Shown here piece by piece: positions 13,816 through 27,270 of a stretch of DNA of 64,000 nucleotides. Location: the NCBI GenBank assembly GCA_004764695.1, contig SMSO01000034.1, positions 3,844,001 to 3,908,000 of the forward strand. The letters are read 5' to 3'. A program made the translations under genes and the position numbers. This stretch comes from Schizochytrium sp. TIO01 (lineage: Eukaryota; Protista; Bigyra: Labyrinthulomycetes). Under the pieces are notes generated by a model. It was not told where the DNA came from and made no database searches. It worked only from the letters and a program-made list of their open reading frames with translations. Within the stretch, counting starts at the first letter, position 1. Every line of letters begins with the position of its first letter.

Positions 13816-16800
13816 GGCTCCACGTGCACCACGTCTCGCGGATGAGATCCTCTCCTCTCAGCCAACTGACAGTCCGGCAATCACATTCCAACGAACTATT
13901 TCCAGCCACGAGATTGACAATGATAGAGTGGAGATCATTCGATGGCAGTCTTCATCATCGTAAATCGAGCTTCTCTGCCATTCACAACTTCTTTCAGGAG
14001 GCGTGCAAATTGTATAAACGAAATTGCATTGTGTTTTTTTCCACGCCTCCCCTCCCTAACATATTTGGAAATGGAAATGGCCGCCTGACGTCCTAGGCAT
14101 TAGCTTATGAGGGCCATTACAAGTTTCTTTCACAGGGCCCTTTGCCTTTCAACGTACGCCCTTCTTCAAAGACGCCAATATTCAATCTCAGGGGAGGAAA
14201 ACCGAACAGCGAAGCGTGGCCTTTGGCTTTAATGGCTCCGGACGTCGATGTGCGCTGCAGAAGCATCTGCCTTCTTGCGTTGATACCCTTCCTCGCAGCT
14301 ATCGCAGAGCCTAGTGCTCTTCCGGTCGATCGCCTACGAGGTTGAATGAGCACGAGCGCTTTTGGAGTCTTATCAGGGCTATGGTTTAGGGTAGAAGGGC
14401 GTTAGAATGGGCAAGGGCTTCCGCCTCGGACTTCCTTCTCTTTCTCTGGGCCTGTGCCACGAAACCTCCGCGCCGGACTTGAAGGCTGTGAGCGGCCGCG
14501 CTTGCAGTTGAAGCTGTCCGCAGAGTTATCGCTGTGCGTGTCGCCTTGGTTCGGGCTGCTGTCTAGACCAGCTAGCTGGAGCGACTCGGAGGGCGGCGCC
14601 ATTGCTTCATCGCTCGCACATTATTTTTTCTAATTCTTAGAAACAGCGACAGCTCGCACATTTTTTATGATAAGTCTTCACAACGGAGGGGAAACAAAGT
14701 CTTTGAAAGGAAGGCTCCAGCTCAATTGGCAAAGGATATAGGTATCATTGTAAAACACTTCTCTTATCGCCGTATGCCAATAATGATCGCTAGCCTGATT
14801 GAAAAGCGAACGACGGGCAGAAACCTATCTATTAAAAGGAGACAGTTGACAAATCCGTTATGGCCATGGAAAAATTAAAATTTAAAAAAAAAAAATCATT
14901 GTGAAGTGATCAATTTCATGTAGTTTAGTTCATGTGTTTAGTTCTGCTCCCAGGAGAAGCTTGATAAGAACCTCTCCCCCGTAAGCCGATCCTCTTTTGT
15001 ACATGGATAGTGTGCCCGAGTTGGGTGTAGGAAAGAAGACACGTCTCGAGACCCCTTTCCCCGTTTGCACAGTTCGGCTGAAGTTGGTTCACAAATGGAG
15101 GCGAAGAAACTTTCTCTTTGCTTACTCTTTAGGAGGACCCACTAGTAGTGAAAGAGATAGATAGAAGAGTAAGGGTCGTACTGTGTGTAATTAATATGGC
15201 GAACTGACAACAACCCAAAAGTAGGATCTTGTGCACATGCAGACTTCCCTGGTCTGAACAAGCTTCAGGGTTGGAGAGATAATTGTGAATTGAAGCAACA
15301 TTGGCTTAGCACCTGGTCCTCGAAGCGCCAAAACATGCAGCTCAATTTGTCGCGAATGGCCTGGCTTCGAAGTCATCGATAAAGTTGGTGGTCTGAGTTT
15401 GATAGCTTGAGTTTGATTTGACAGAGACACTAGAGCCTAGTGAATTGACCCATGAGGACACCTTGGGGCTACGAGTGGGGTTAAGAATTAAGTTTCCGCC
15501 TAGCTCGCTACTCAACTCAGAGTTGCAGTTAGCGCGGTGTCTCTAGCTAGAGACAGTCTTGTTGCAACAATCAAGAGCAATAACACACTCTTTCATTATT
15601 ACGTTTAATCTTATCCCGCTGGTCTGTTGGACCCTGCAAGCCAGCACTTCTTCCTTTGGATTGGCCTTCTAATTTGGAGCCTGGCCTATTTGTCTGCACT
15701 CTCTGTCAGCTCAACGTTATAAAGTTGATTATCGGGACTAACTAAACATACATGAGCAAGGCTATACTTGCCGCAATGGCCAAAATTGAGCACAATATGT
15801 AGAGAAGCATTGTTGCTGTTTCCGATTTGCTTCTGGGATCCTATTTTGCTACACGTTCACACGAGTTGCATTAATTTCGTTCTTTAATGTATGTCCACAA
15901 AACATAAGAAAGGCACAGCTTTCATTTGAAGAAAATTAGTGGCACTTCAATGCAGATATTTGATGAAGCACATGTGAAGCCCAGAACACATCTACAACAA
16001 ACTAGAAATGTCTTACCTTGCATACATAGATAAGCAGTAGTCCCCATGCGAAGCTATATTCCTTAGCTTTGTGTCTGCGAGCATTTAGCCTCCTTAGAGC
16101 TATATAATAAGCCTAGCTTTTTGCGTTTGGTGATTGTCATGCTAGATCCTCTATACGCCGCTGTTCAAGCTTATTGATTTTGTCAGTAGATAAAAGAAAG
16201 CAACGCACGGCGTTAGATCTATGATGTATCTCGAAAGGGTGTAGTATGGCAAGAGCGCTCTTATAAGACCTGAGATCCAAGCGCTCGGAAATCATGCATA
16301 GCAAGCGAAATCACCGTAATTGTTTCGCTGGATATAGAAAGTTTGCAACCTATACCATGCAGCGATATCTATGACTCATTTCGACCTTCGTTTTTTTTTC
16401 TTCGCTATAATACGTAGAGTATATCGAAGAGGTCTTATGAGGAATTCTACCTAGACCTCAATATGTTCCTCTTAATTGTTTTGTGCGCACTAATACTAAC
16501 AGGGTGTCTTTATGTTTTGTTATACTGATGTTAATCAAGTTTGTCAACAGCTTATTTCCCAAAAGGGTGCTTTAGATTCTGCAGAAGCTGGTCTAAAGCT
16601 GATCGTTTTGTAGATTTTATTTTTAAAGATATGCTGTTGCCAAACCATGGTAGTTGTTCAATTTTTACTCAATCAATCAGCTTTGCGGTGCGGTTGTAGT
16701 CAGAACCATTTGAATTTTGAACGCAATGTGCAATCGGCACTCGAATTGGTTGGTTAAAAATATCTTAACTCCTCCTTAATTTTTTGCCGGCTCTTTCGTT

Positions 16801-19800
16801 TAATCTTTGCTAATCCTGTTAGCGCAATAGGACAGATTGTGCATTTGATTGAGACTGCAGTTTAGAATACTGATTGTTTTTCACTTTGAACCTTGAGGTC
16901 ATATTCCAGTTACTTCTCTTCTTAGTCAGGAATACGTTGTTCACTAGTTCATACTATCTTCATCTATCTTTATGTGTGCGCGTTGGTTTTAGTTTTTCTC
17001 AGTAAGATTGGATTACTATAACTGTGTGGAACATTTGTGTCAATTGGCACCTACGTACCATTTTGCTGCATTAACCAACCTGTTGAACTTTGAAGTAGCT
17101 TAAGATCTCAGCACTCCTAACATGTCTAATAACAAAACCCAGGTTTGATTCTAGAAAGTTGCACCCCCTTTCCTGCGTTGTGGGCTTGCTGGTCGGAAAA
17201 TCAAGCGGCTATCCCCATCGTGACTTGTTACGTCACGTATAGCAGTTTTTGGAGATCCCCAGACGTGACAACAATTGCGCGCTCCTTCTCTTCGGCAATA
17301 CCAGCTCTATGCGAAAACGTGCTAAAAGCAACTGTTCATGAGGCTCAGAGTCACAAGGGGAATTGATTTAGAATACCGCTGCCATGACGGCAGGTCGATG
17401 TTTTCCCTTCCCTTCCTCCGATCAACAGAAATGCCAAATTAAAGAAGAGTTGCTTCTAGCATTGATTGAACGAGATATAGCTAAGTCTCGGATTCAGTTG
17501 CTTTGTTCGATCAGGTCGATATGCAAGTATTTAAATAAAGATTTCAATACAGAAATAAACATTGTTCTGAAATTCATAGGCATAGCATAAAACTCAACCT
17601 AAAGAATCTGCTTTGAGACCGCAAGAAGAGTGTGTGATTTTACTAGGATACTGACGCTCAAGAGCACATTTTCAAGTATAGAAACAGCTTCAAAAGAAAA
17701 TATGCAACACTTAAGCAATCGACATGTGCGAATAACAGAACTATTCCGGCGCCAATGCGGGTGGAAGGTTTCTGGGCAAGGTGTCTTCCATAGAGAATGT
17801 AAAAACGAACGACAGCTTGTGTTCTTTCGGGGTGGTCTTTGTGCATTCAAAAAGCTCAAAATTATATTGAGAGAGGTTCATTCAGACAGCGGGTGTTCTT
17901 GGTACATTTCAAGAATTCAAGATTATATTGAGAGAAGCTGAATCAGAAAGCGACCAATCGATCAATACCCAGCCGAAGCTTTGCGGCAAGTAAAAAGGAA
18001 GACCCCAGCTTGTTTGCGAGTACTGTCTGCGTTACTACTAAGAAATCAGCATGCATTAGCGTAGGTGAGACAACCCGCTTGCGTGAGGTGCAAGTAATAT
18101 TTCCTACATTCTGTCGAGCTCGCATTGGATTTAATGTTAAGAGCTTGTCAACGTTCCAGCTGCTCAAATGCAGTCTTTGGTATTTATGTATGAAAGAATA
18201 CGAAGGGCCTGTCTGCTACTTGTAGCACTCTTTTTAAAAGGGCTCAAACTGTCATTCATGAATGGATTGATGTATGGGACAAAGTGGGAATGACTACGTA
18301 TGATCAAACTTCATTCTGCAACTTTCACGGACAGAGCACTCATAAAATGAACCGTGGATATGAACAGTAATTCGAAAGATCTTGGGTTACGACAAATTCT
18401 TGTTTGTGAGATAAACTTGCTAGATCGTGCAATCCTTTCTCATAAATAGACCCTCACTTTATTACCCCCGACCGATCATTCGCATGGGCCGCTATAACAG
18501 CATTGTAGAATTGAAGTCCAATTTTCATACTTCACTGCATTAACATATTGTAAAATATCCTTGAACTTATTCAGAGTAGTTAGTAGGTGGAAAACTCCAT
18601 TCGAATCGTTATGGGAACAAAGGTATTTAACAGCATCTAAACAGTTCGTTCTTATTTTGCAATTAAGATGTCAGGTACATTTGCAGTGATCGTATGAATA
18701 ATATTATTTGTAGTCAAAGACCCCCACCATTTGATTTCCAAGCTTGAGAGAGCTACTTAGGAGAGTTAAACGATATCCTTCGGCTCGATAGTTAATTGCT
18801 CAGTTAAGAAAATTACAAGAATGCCATTTGCCCCGTCGGAGTGTACACTGCTGGGATCTTAAATCGAAAAACTAGTGGACAAGACATCGCTGAAGTTCTT
18901 GGTTTTCCTTTGTTAAGACCTCGTAGATGTAGGGCTTACAATAGAGCAAAATTAGACAACCAGACCTACATGGTTGCCGAAGTCAAAAAAGATCCAAGTA
19001 TGATGCAACCTGAATTGATGGCTGAAGAAGTTGTATTAACCTAGCCCCACCAAGTATCTCTAACACAGTTCAACAATGTCTTAGCCTCATAATTACTACA
19101 TGAACCAGTCTGCCCTGGGGTTCATTTCTAGGTTAGCAGTTCCCTTACTCTTTAAATCAACCTTCTGGAAGCCTTCATCAAGACTCTTCTTTCTTGGCTT
19201 CATCTTTACAGGCAACCTCCAGCTGGCCAGACTCATCTTTCAGCATACACAATTTTTGAACCGCATTGAAACTCTACATTTTAGAGTTTAACCCAGAACG
19301 ACATCCCTAGACACAAAGTACACATGCTCAGACTGCAAGTTCATTAAAATGTTGAAATTAATGCGTTCCCTACACTTTAGCTTATTCATTTAGAAAATTT
19401 TGACGTTTAGACATTTTTTACCATCACCACATGAGAGCCATTAAAAATAGTATTGACGTGATCTCGCCCAAAGCTAAGCAACTCCATTCAATCAAGATAG
19501 ATACGCGTTTATAAATCAGGGTGAATTGATGCATAATTATACTATCTTTTGAGCCAACTATTTCAATTACGATGATGTTTGCAGATGATCAAGAAAATAT
19601 TCAAATTATCAAAAGAAGAATGTCTTCGTTCTCGCTAGATTATCATATATATACGTAATGATTCAATCTTGTATTGAAGTAAAATGCTAAAGTTGAGCGA
19701 TATATACTCCAACTCATACGTGTATGCTCTTATAGAGCTTCCCTTGGCATGGAGTCTCCCTTTACAAATTCAAACTAAAATAAACCCTTTGAACACGTCT

Positions 19801-22699
19801 GATTTGCAACTCATTCATACATACAAATGAAGAAATCACTTTCTCAATAAATCACAAGGTTTAATATATTGTATAACTATGTAAACTATATATGTTTTAG
19901 ATCAATGTTCAGGCTTCCATACCTGCCATTTTTTGGACTGGTGGGGGATTAAGCGATTTCCGAGAAACAACAATTGGATGGAAGATATGTCGCGTGGCAA
20001 GTCTGACGCGCGTTCCAAGAAGGCTCATTCCGTATTAGCATGCATGCCTATTGTTAACAGCTGATTGAACAATTGGTTGCTCAACCAATTCGATCAATGG
20101 ATCACTTAGCAACACAAGAATTGGGTATATGTTTGACCTTAAAGATCGAAAGTGTGAAAGATCTTCAACTGGCTAGGTTTTTGGAAACAGCTCCCTTGTT
20201 AGTTAAGTTAGGGTGGCAAGTAACATACGCGCCTCGTTCATGATGAATGATGTTTGCTTCTGTGCCTGTAGCTTGTGGGAATCCTGGAGAGTATCTTGTC
20301 TCGGTTTCAGGTCCACATAATTGTGGCTCTGGCAGGAAGTACCAACCCAGACACGGAAGACTCAAAGCCATGCATTGGGTGATTGTTTCGCTTGAGTATT
20401 TTACCCAGGTCAAAAGACTTTAACTCAGTCTCGTTGCCTAGTAAGAGTGACTCAAAGCTCACAATTTATATCAGCAGTTCGCATGTTGAACCGCAGCTAA
20501 CATCCTCTGGACTTTGGACTCATGATATTTGCGCCGTCGCAACGTCTGAAGCACGGCGATTTGGCTAGCTATTTGTGTGCTGGGTGATTTAGTGGCTGCA
20601 TGGAAGCGCAGAAGCATCCGGAGCTATATCCCACAGAGTGATCGGTGAAGTTTTATCAAGAAACAAGCTCCGCTGGTGTGTACCCAACTTAAATACCTAA
20701 TGTTCTAAATAAGAGTAAAGAAAGTATCCAACCAACCTGAAGACAATATCTGCAGCAGTTTAGGAGTGCTATTTCGAGCTTAAGTTCATGCATAGCTTTG
20801 GGATAGTCAGTCATTGTTTCTTTGCTACACGACAGTCGATTTGTTTGGTGAGCGCGGGGAACTTCTCACAACGATGACCTTTATTAACACACTTTTCTAG
20901 TGAAGCAATATTTACCTATGAGAATAAGTAAACTAAAAAAAGTCTATCTTTGCGTAACAAAATCCAGCTGTGTTTCAACTATTTCAGATAAGTTAAAAAT
21001 GATTTAATTTGTTTAAGGCCCATGCATGGTATCCCAACGCTCATGTGTTCTCTTTCCCGATGGCCATTTTGTGCAGCCATAATTTCAAACAAAGACTGCG
21101 CGGAGAGACTTCTTATTTTTGAGCCCAAACGAAGAAGAAAGAGAAAATAAATAAAGGTTGAACTTTTTATTATCATTTTTTTAAATAAAAATAATTAACT
21201 GCGAAAAAAGAAAGAATGAAAGAAAGAGAAGAATCAGCATTTTCCTCGGCTCAATTAAAAGAAATTGTGTCAACTGCGGTATCTCAGAAAGCAGGGTTAT
21301 TGTACCTTTTAAAAATGAGCGACTAAAAATTTCCAAAAGAATAAAGTAGGTATTGTTCTAAAAACAAGAAGAACACAAGAATCTCTCACTAAGTTATTCG
21401 AATGTACATTTAGCTAGTACTTACAACTAGTAGGTCCTGTATGCTACTGTTTTAAAACAGCCTAACTCAGCTTCTAATTGAGAAGAAGGTGCATAAAGGG
21501 GTTTCTCAAAGAGACCTCGGCGGCTTTTTGTTCTTTCTCGCTTTGCAGGAAATCTTTTCCACAGTACGATCAACTATTTGATACTCTCGGGTAAACGCTC
21601 TCTGCTGTTCAACCCACAGGGAATCATGCAGAGCAGATATGCCCAAAATTTCAACGCAATAGCTTCCTCCTACCTATGTAGTCTCCAAAACCTCGAACAA
21701 TGGTTAGTCGAGTTGTCTCGTTCGTAGTCCGCTAGATCTATGGCCGCCCCTTCTAAGTACAGGCTAGGCCCTAAGAACTACTTTATATTCAATCATTTCC
21801 TTCAATCTTGAATTAATAGGAGATTAAGACCCTCACGAATAATCGTGCTCTTCCTGGAAATTCCGAGGAGCAAGGCAATTGTTTCGCAGTTAACCGACGC
21901 AGGCACAGAAGTGAGGTCGGCTTGGCTGTTCTAAAATTAATTTTCTAAGGCGAATACCGATATTTCTTTGTAATCTATCCCTCATATTGATTGGCGTTTA
22001 TTCGGGACAAATAAGATTCTTATAAAGTCACTATTATGGGCAAACAGGCGCTTTCGACGAACTGATCAATAATCGACTTGGTTCACACTCGCTCTATCTC
22101 GCGCTTTTAGAGACCAACGACGGACTGTGCTTTATTACAGCTGCAGGAAAACAAAAGAGCGATTAGAAGGGAACGGGAAAGGGGCATAAATTGACGATTG
22201 ATTTTCCTATATATGTATATTTACTACTTTGCAATGTTTTGATTAAAAATGAACATTAAAGTAAAAATTATAGTTTGAAATTAAAAAAGGACAAGCATCA
22301 TATAGTAGGTGGCCTTTTAAAATGATAATTCTCTCTAGAAAAGAATAAAAATAAAACACTGAGGTTCCTGAGAAAGTCTAGGTAGCTAGAGATTGTGACT
22401 GGTCTAGGACACCAGAGGGTGATTGACCCACTCTGATAGAATGAAAAGGACCTAGAGAACCACGTGGCGGGTTTTCAGAATGACAACGATAAAGAACAAG
22501 AGCCGTCAGTTGGTATGACTGGATGAATGCTTAGGCGGTTAAAAGCTTGAAAGTACCTAGTTTATATTGTCCTTTAAGACGTATAGACTTTGCAAGCAAG
22601 CAGCCAGTTGCATCTTTCCAGGATGCTGCTCATACAGCAGCATCTAAAGGACTGAATCGCGTAAAGCAAGGAGTTTGATGTTTTCTTGTTTTTCTTTGT

Positions 22700-23690
22700 T
22701 TTTGCATGGTGACTCCAGAAGATGGTGTCATCGTTGGTCGGCAGTGCTGTATTATTATCGCCAGATGGCTGACGAATCATGAAGTTCACCCGAGGCCTTC
22801 ATTTGGGTCTTGCAGGCCTATCCCTTCGCTCATCCCACAGCTAGCGCATACCAAAGGCAGTGAACAAATTGAACATCCACATGAAGAAGGGGATAGAATA
22901 GACTAGTGCCTACATAAAAGCAAACCAATACTGATTGGCCATCTTCGAATTGCTGGATTCCACCTCCATATGAGTCCAAGTGCATGCACGCATAATGAGA
23001 TTATCCCTCACGGCTTCCCTCGCTCCTGGCTCCGACCAAATGTTGACTGATCGTCTCTCCAATAGGCTGTCAATTCATGCGAACCTCCGCCACATCTCGA
23101 TGAGCGGAGGCATCGTCAAATTTTAGATAACTGCCCTCAAGCCGTTACGCCCTTAAGTCCCTGGTAAGAGTCCTCCAGGACAATTTAGCGCCTCGATTGT
23201 AATTTTGAGCACAAGCGCAATATCTGCTAAAAGCGCGAGGGTTTCTGCCCCTCCAGCTTGCCGAGCTTGCGCCCTGAGTAGATCGAAACGTCCCGGTGGA
23301 GTTTGCGTTCGACACCAGCACTGTTAGCGTCAGCTGCAGTGCTGCAGAGGGCGTCATTCCCTTCACATTCGGCACGCCACGACCTTGATTCGCTTTCTCT
23401 GTCTCTTGGAGCGCCATTTCATGAATGCTTGAAAGAAAGCAAAACCACCGCGGTGTTCTTCTTTCTCTGCTCTTGGTTCAATAGGACTCAGGCCGCTGGA
23501 AAAGGCGGCGTGATGTCCAGACCTTTGGAGAGGACGCTCACCAAACTGTTGTCGCACTCGGTGACGGTGACGAGCTCTCTTCTTCGCCGGTCTTCCTCAA
23601 TTCGCGCAGTTCCCTGCACTGCAAGAAAGCACCTTGAGGTCGCGCCTTTGGACATCATCACCTCCAGGAGGCAGACATCCTTCATCAATT
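22700..23690 (-). pseudogene. Possible decayed coding fragment with a TM-like segment
   Basis: Minus-strand reading ...NQYWFAFM*ALVYSIPFFMWMFNLFTAFGMR*LWDERR...*RPRVNFMIRQPSGD... is protein-like but has several in-frame stops. No family recognised. Confidence 0.25.
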
Positions 23691-26600
23691 AGTCACATCT
23701 CGATAACTCTAATAGAGAACAGAAGAGAGAACAGTCGATGGAAAGGGTAAATAAGCACGAAATGAAGAATGTAATATCCATCACAAGTTTTTTTCTGTTT
23801 AAAAGAAATTTTTAAAAATGAAAGCGATGATTCTTTCAGCCGTAAATTGTGAGAAATGAAAAAGTACGAGGCCAGAGTATTATGCTATTGTATACATGTT
23901 ACTGTAGGAGTCATTTTGCTTTTTATTAGCACGTGTTTTTGGAGGTTTCACAGGAGAGCGATCCAGAGTCCGTTTAGTGTGTTTCTTACTCTGAAAGGAG
24001 ACACGTACTGTATTCCATTAAAAAAGAAAAGAAATTAAAAATCCTGAAAATTTATTTCTATGTGATAGTGAAACTCAAACAAAAGAAGAACTTTCAAAAG
24101 CAAGAAGCAGACAACGGAAATGGTTCTTGATGCATACGCGGCAACTCTACTCCATGCTGATGCGACTATTTGGCAACAAATAATTGTGGTGGTTGAGGTG
24201 AGTGACGAATTGGTCTCAGCGCATTAATTCAGAGTCCTCACTCTACATATGATCATCTTCTCTTCGGCAAGTCCCATCATGAAGCTGTTAGTATGTTAAA
24301 TGAACCAACAAATGAATGAATGAATGAGTGAGTGAGTGAGTGAGTGTGACTGTTCAATTCTGCCTAACTAGTTAGCATCAATTTGTAATAAAATAATATG
24401 ATGGGTAAAAGACGCTGTAAGCAAGAATTCCAAGACGCAATTTTGGTGGATGGCGGTGATGATTCCTGCCAATTCAGAATGGAAGCGACTCGAAGAGGCC
24501 TCATAAACGCTTCTGACCTTTGGACACGAAGTCGGCGAAGAGCTGTGCATTTCCGGAGCAAGTGCTTCGATATGAAGCGAAGGAAACGGCGCCGCGGTTC
24601 CTCACGACTGCATAGTTCTGAAAAAGCAAGCCTTAGGTATCATGAATGGTCCGGTCTAGGCTCCTAGAGAAAGGGGTAGATAGCACTACCTGCTGCTAAT
24701 ACTATTCTGCGAATTGCAATCTCAAAGTTCTAATTCCTTCCTTTCCGGGAAGCAGGCGAGCACCAAGAAAAAGGCTCGGCTTAGAGCTTCGTAACTTGTT
24801 GTGAGACGCTCGCCTTCGCTCCGACCGTCAATGGGGTATTCTTCTTCATGAGGTCGATACGCCGGAGAGGGCGTAATGCTGCTTCTGATGAACCTAGCCT
24901 AAGATCGATCACAGCATTTGCATTGATGGCGTCAGGAAATGAAATTATTGTCTACAATTTTATTTACTTCAAGTTAGCTAGAAAATACAAATTATTCTCA
25001 AGAAATAAATTAAAGGGAAAAAGTGGTACCTAAAGGCAGTTTTTACAAGTATATTTTAGGTAAAATATGTACCTAGTACAGACTTCATTTTCCCAATCGG
25101 CCAAAAGATGAAGCGTACACAAGTTAATACCAACTTTCAGTCATGGCAATGAAGGCAATACTATTTGAAGTAGAATTCGTACAGAATTCAGCCACCTTTG
25201 AAAGCAGGCATCAAAGCAAAGATAGTCGGCTAGCTACACTAATCAGATCCTAGCAGGATGCTTCTATCGGTGTTGTTCTTTCTCTCCACTGCTGGGGGTC
25301 CGTCGACTTTGGGCTTGCCATAAAAGTTGGCAACTTGGCATCTGTTTCTCTTTACTTGGGGTATCAATAGGTTCTAGCGCTCAAGCTCTACACGACTTTG
25401 ACGACGGTGGCTTTCTTCTCCGGCAGAAGCAGCGGAATCCTTCTCTGAGTGTGTTGTTTGATGGTTTGGCTGAGCCTAAGCTCGATTCCTTAGCCGGTTC
25501 TGATGGCATAAAGATGCGTGGTGGTATCTGTTTCTCCTTTTATGGAGATACGTTTTATTAGTTATACATAACATAGGAGAAGGCTTCTAATTTTAGAAAA
25601 TGATTTTTCTTTTAACTAAAAAAAAAAGAAGAGGAAATTCCAAGTTGCTCTTCCTGCATTATTTTACATACAGTGAAGTATGAAGGCCCTTGCCGAGTAG
25701 ACTTAATGTTGTAGAACTGTAGATAATAAACCGGACCAAACGCTTTGCTGTTCTTTTCACGGAACTATTGTTCGAATGGTTTTACTTTTTACTTCTTTTT
25801 ACTTTTACTTTTACTTTTTTATTTTTTTTTTAAATTAGAAAAGAGCGTCAGAAACAGTTTTAGTTCTTACTGGATCAATCTCTACCTCTTCGAAATGACG
25901 CGTGCGGCTTCTTTCCTTGCGAGTCATATGATGCGCTTGGCGCTGAAGAATACTGAGCAAGCTGTGTATTTCCATCTGCTTTTAAGCTTGTGGCTGACTT
26001 GACATTAATCTTTCGTGCCCTTACCATCTATCGTCTACCATCGAAGGTCGCAAAGCCATCACGAAAGCAGAGTCATTCGATTGATCAAAGCGAAATAATA
26101 ATAAGTAAATGGGAAAAGAAAGAAAAGAAAAGAAAGGAAGAAACACAAATAGAAAAAGTAAAGAGTCGCTGAAAAGGGGGAAAGATAGAACATGGAAAAA
26201 GAAGAACGAACGAAGTTAGTTAGTAAAGCCTTAGAGGTTTAGGTAATGATGAGAACAAACAAAGAGACCAAAAACGCAAATAAATGAAATGAAGGAGTGA
26301 AAAAAGTCCAAGTTCAAGCAAAGCGGCAATTCGCTCGCTCACCCACTCATTCACTCACTCGCTCGCTCGCTCGCGCGGTCGCTCTGCAGTGCCGCTGGCG
26401 ACGACGAGGCGGGACGAAGAGTTCCGAGGCCCATCCCTTCGCAGCGAAGCTCTTGGGCGCTGGGTTCGCTTGCCAGCGCATCCGGCGTCCTCGTTTACCG
26501 GCGACCTCGCTACAGGTCACTGGGATCAACCAATTAGTCAGTCCAACTAAATCAGGTCAACCCGCGTGCTCTCGGGGTCTCTCGACCGTGTTTGCTTTGA

Positions 26601-27270
26601 CAACTGGGACCCTTACATAGGTCTATTCCACCGACAACTTGGGCGCAGGGAGAGGCGGATCGCCGCGGCGCCGGTCGTCTCCCGGAGACGTGAAAGGTCT
26701 CTCTCTTCTTCGTTGTTGAACAGCGCAGGAGGGGAAAGAGTACTTATCTACTATCTCTAGAGCTATAGGAGGTATATATATTATTGTTTGTTGTTTCTTT
26801 TTCTCAAAGAAGCGGCGGCTCAGAGAAAAGAAAGAGAAAGAGAGAAAACAATCAGAAAAGAAGCTCGCTCTTTTCTGCTCTTTGCTGATCGCTCTTTTTT
26901 AAGGTGAGCGAGGTAGTTCTACGTTCTGCTTTTACCCCCGTGTTTCACGAAACTGCGCTCGGCCTCGGTGTCTTGCTACTGCGAGTTGCGACGCTACGCT
27001 CCGTGGGATCATTGATATACGGAGGACAAGGAGAGGAAAAGACGAGAGCCATCTCATCTTGGTCTTGGTCTTGGTCTTTCAATACGTAGATAGAACTCGA
27101 ATACAGATACACACATTTATACAGGGAGACGGAGAGTACTGGGGAAAAGGAGTTCGTCGTTGTTGGTTGTTGGACTCCATATTTGACATTCACCTTTCAG
27201 ACGGTTCGTTCCAGCAGAGCTGACAATCAGCAGAAAGGCGCCTTGGTGGTGAGCTTATTAAGGAACCAGA

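Noticed and set aside
21862-21878. 17-nt match TCCGAGGAGCAAGGCAA to the reverse complement of ~60776-60792
   Set aside because: One exact 17-mer match within 64 kb is compatible with chance, and the flanks do not align, so it was not called a TIR.
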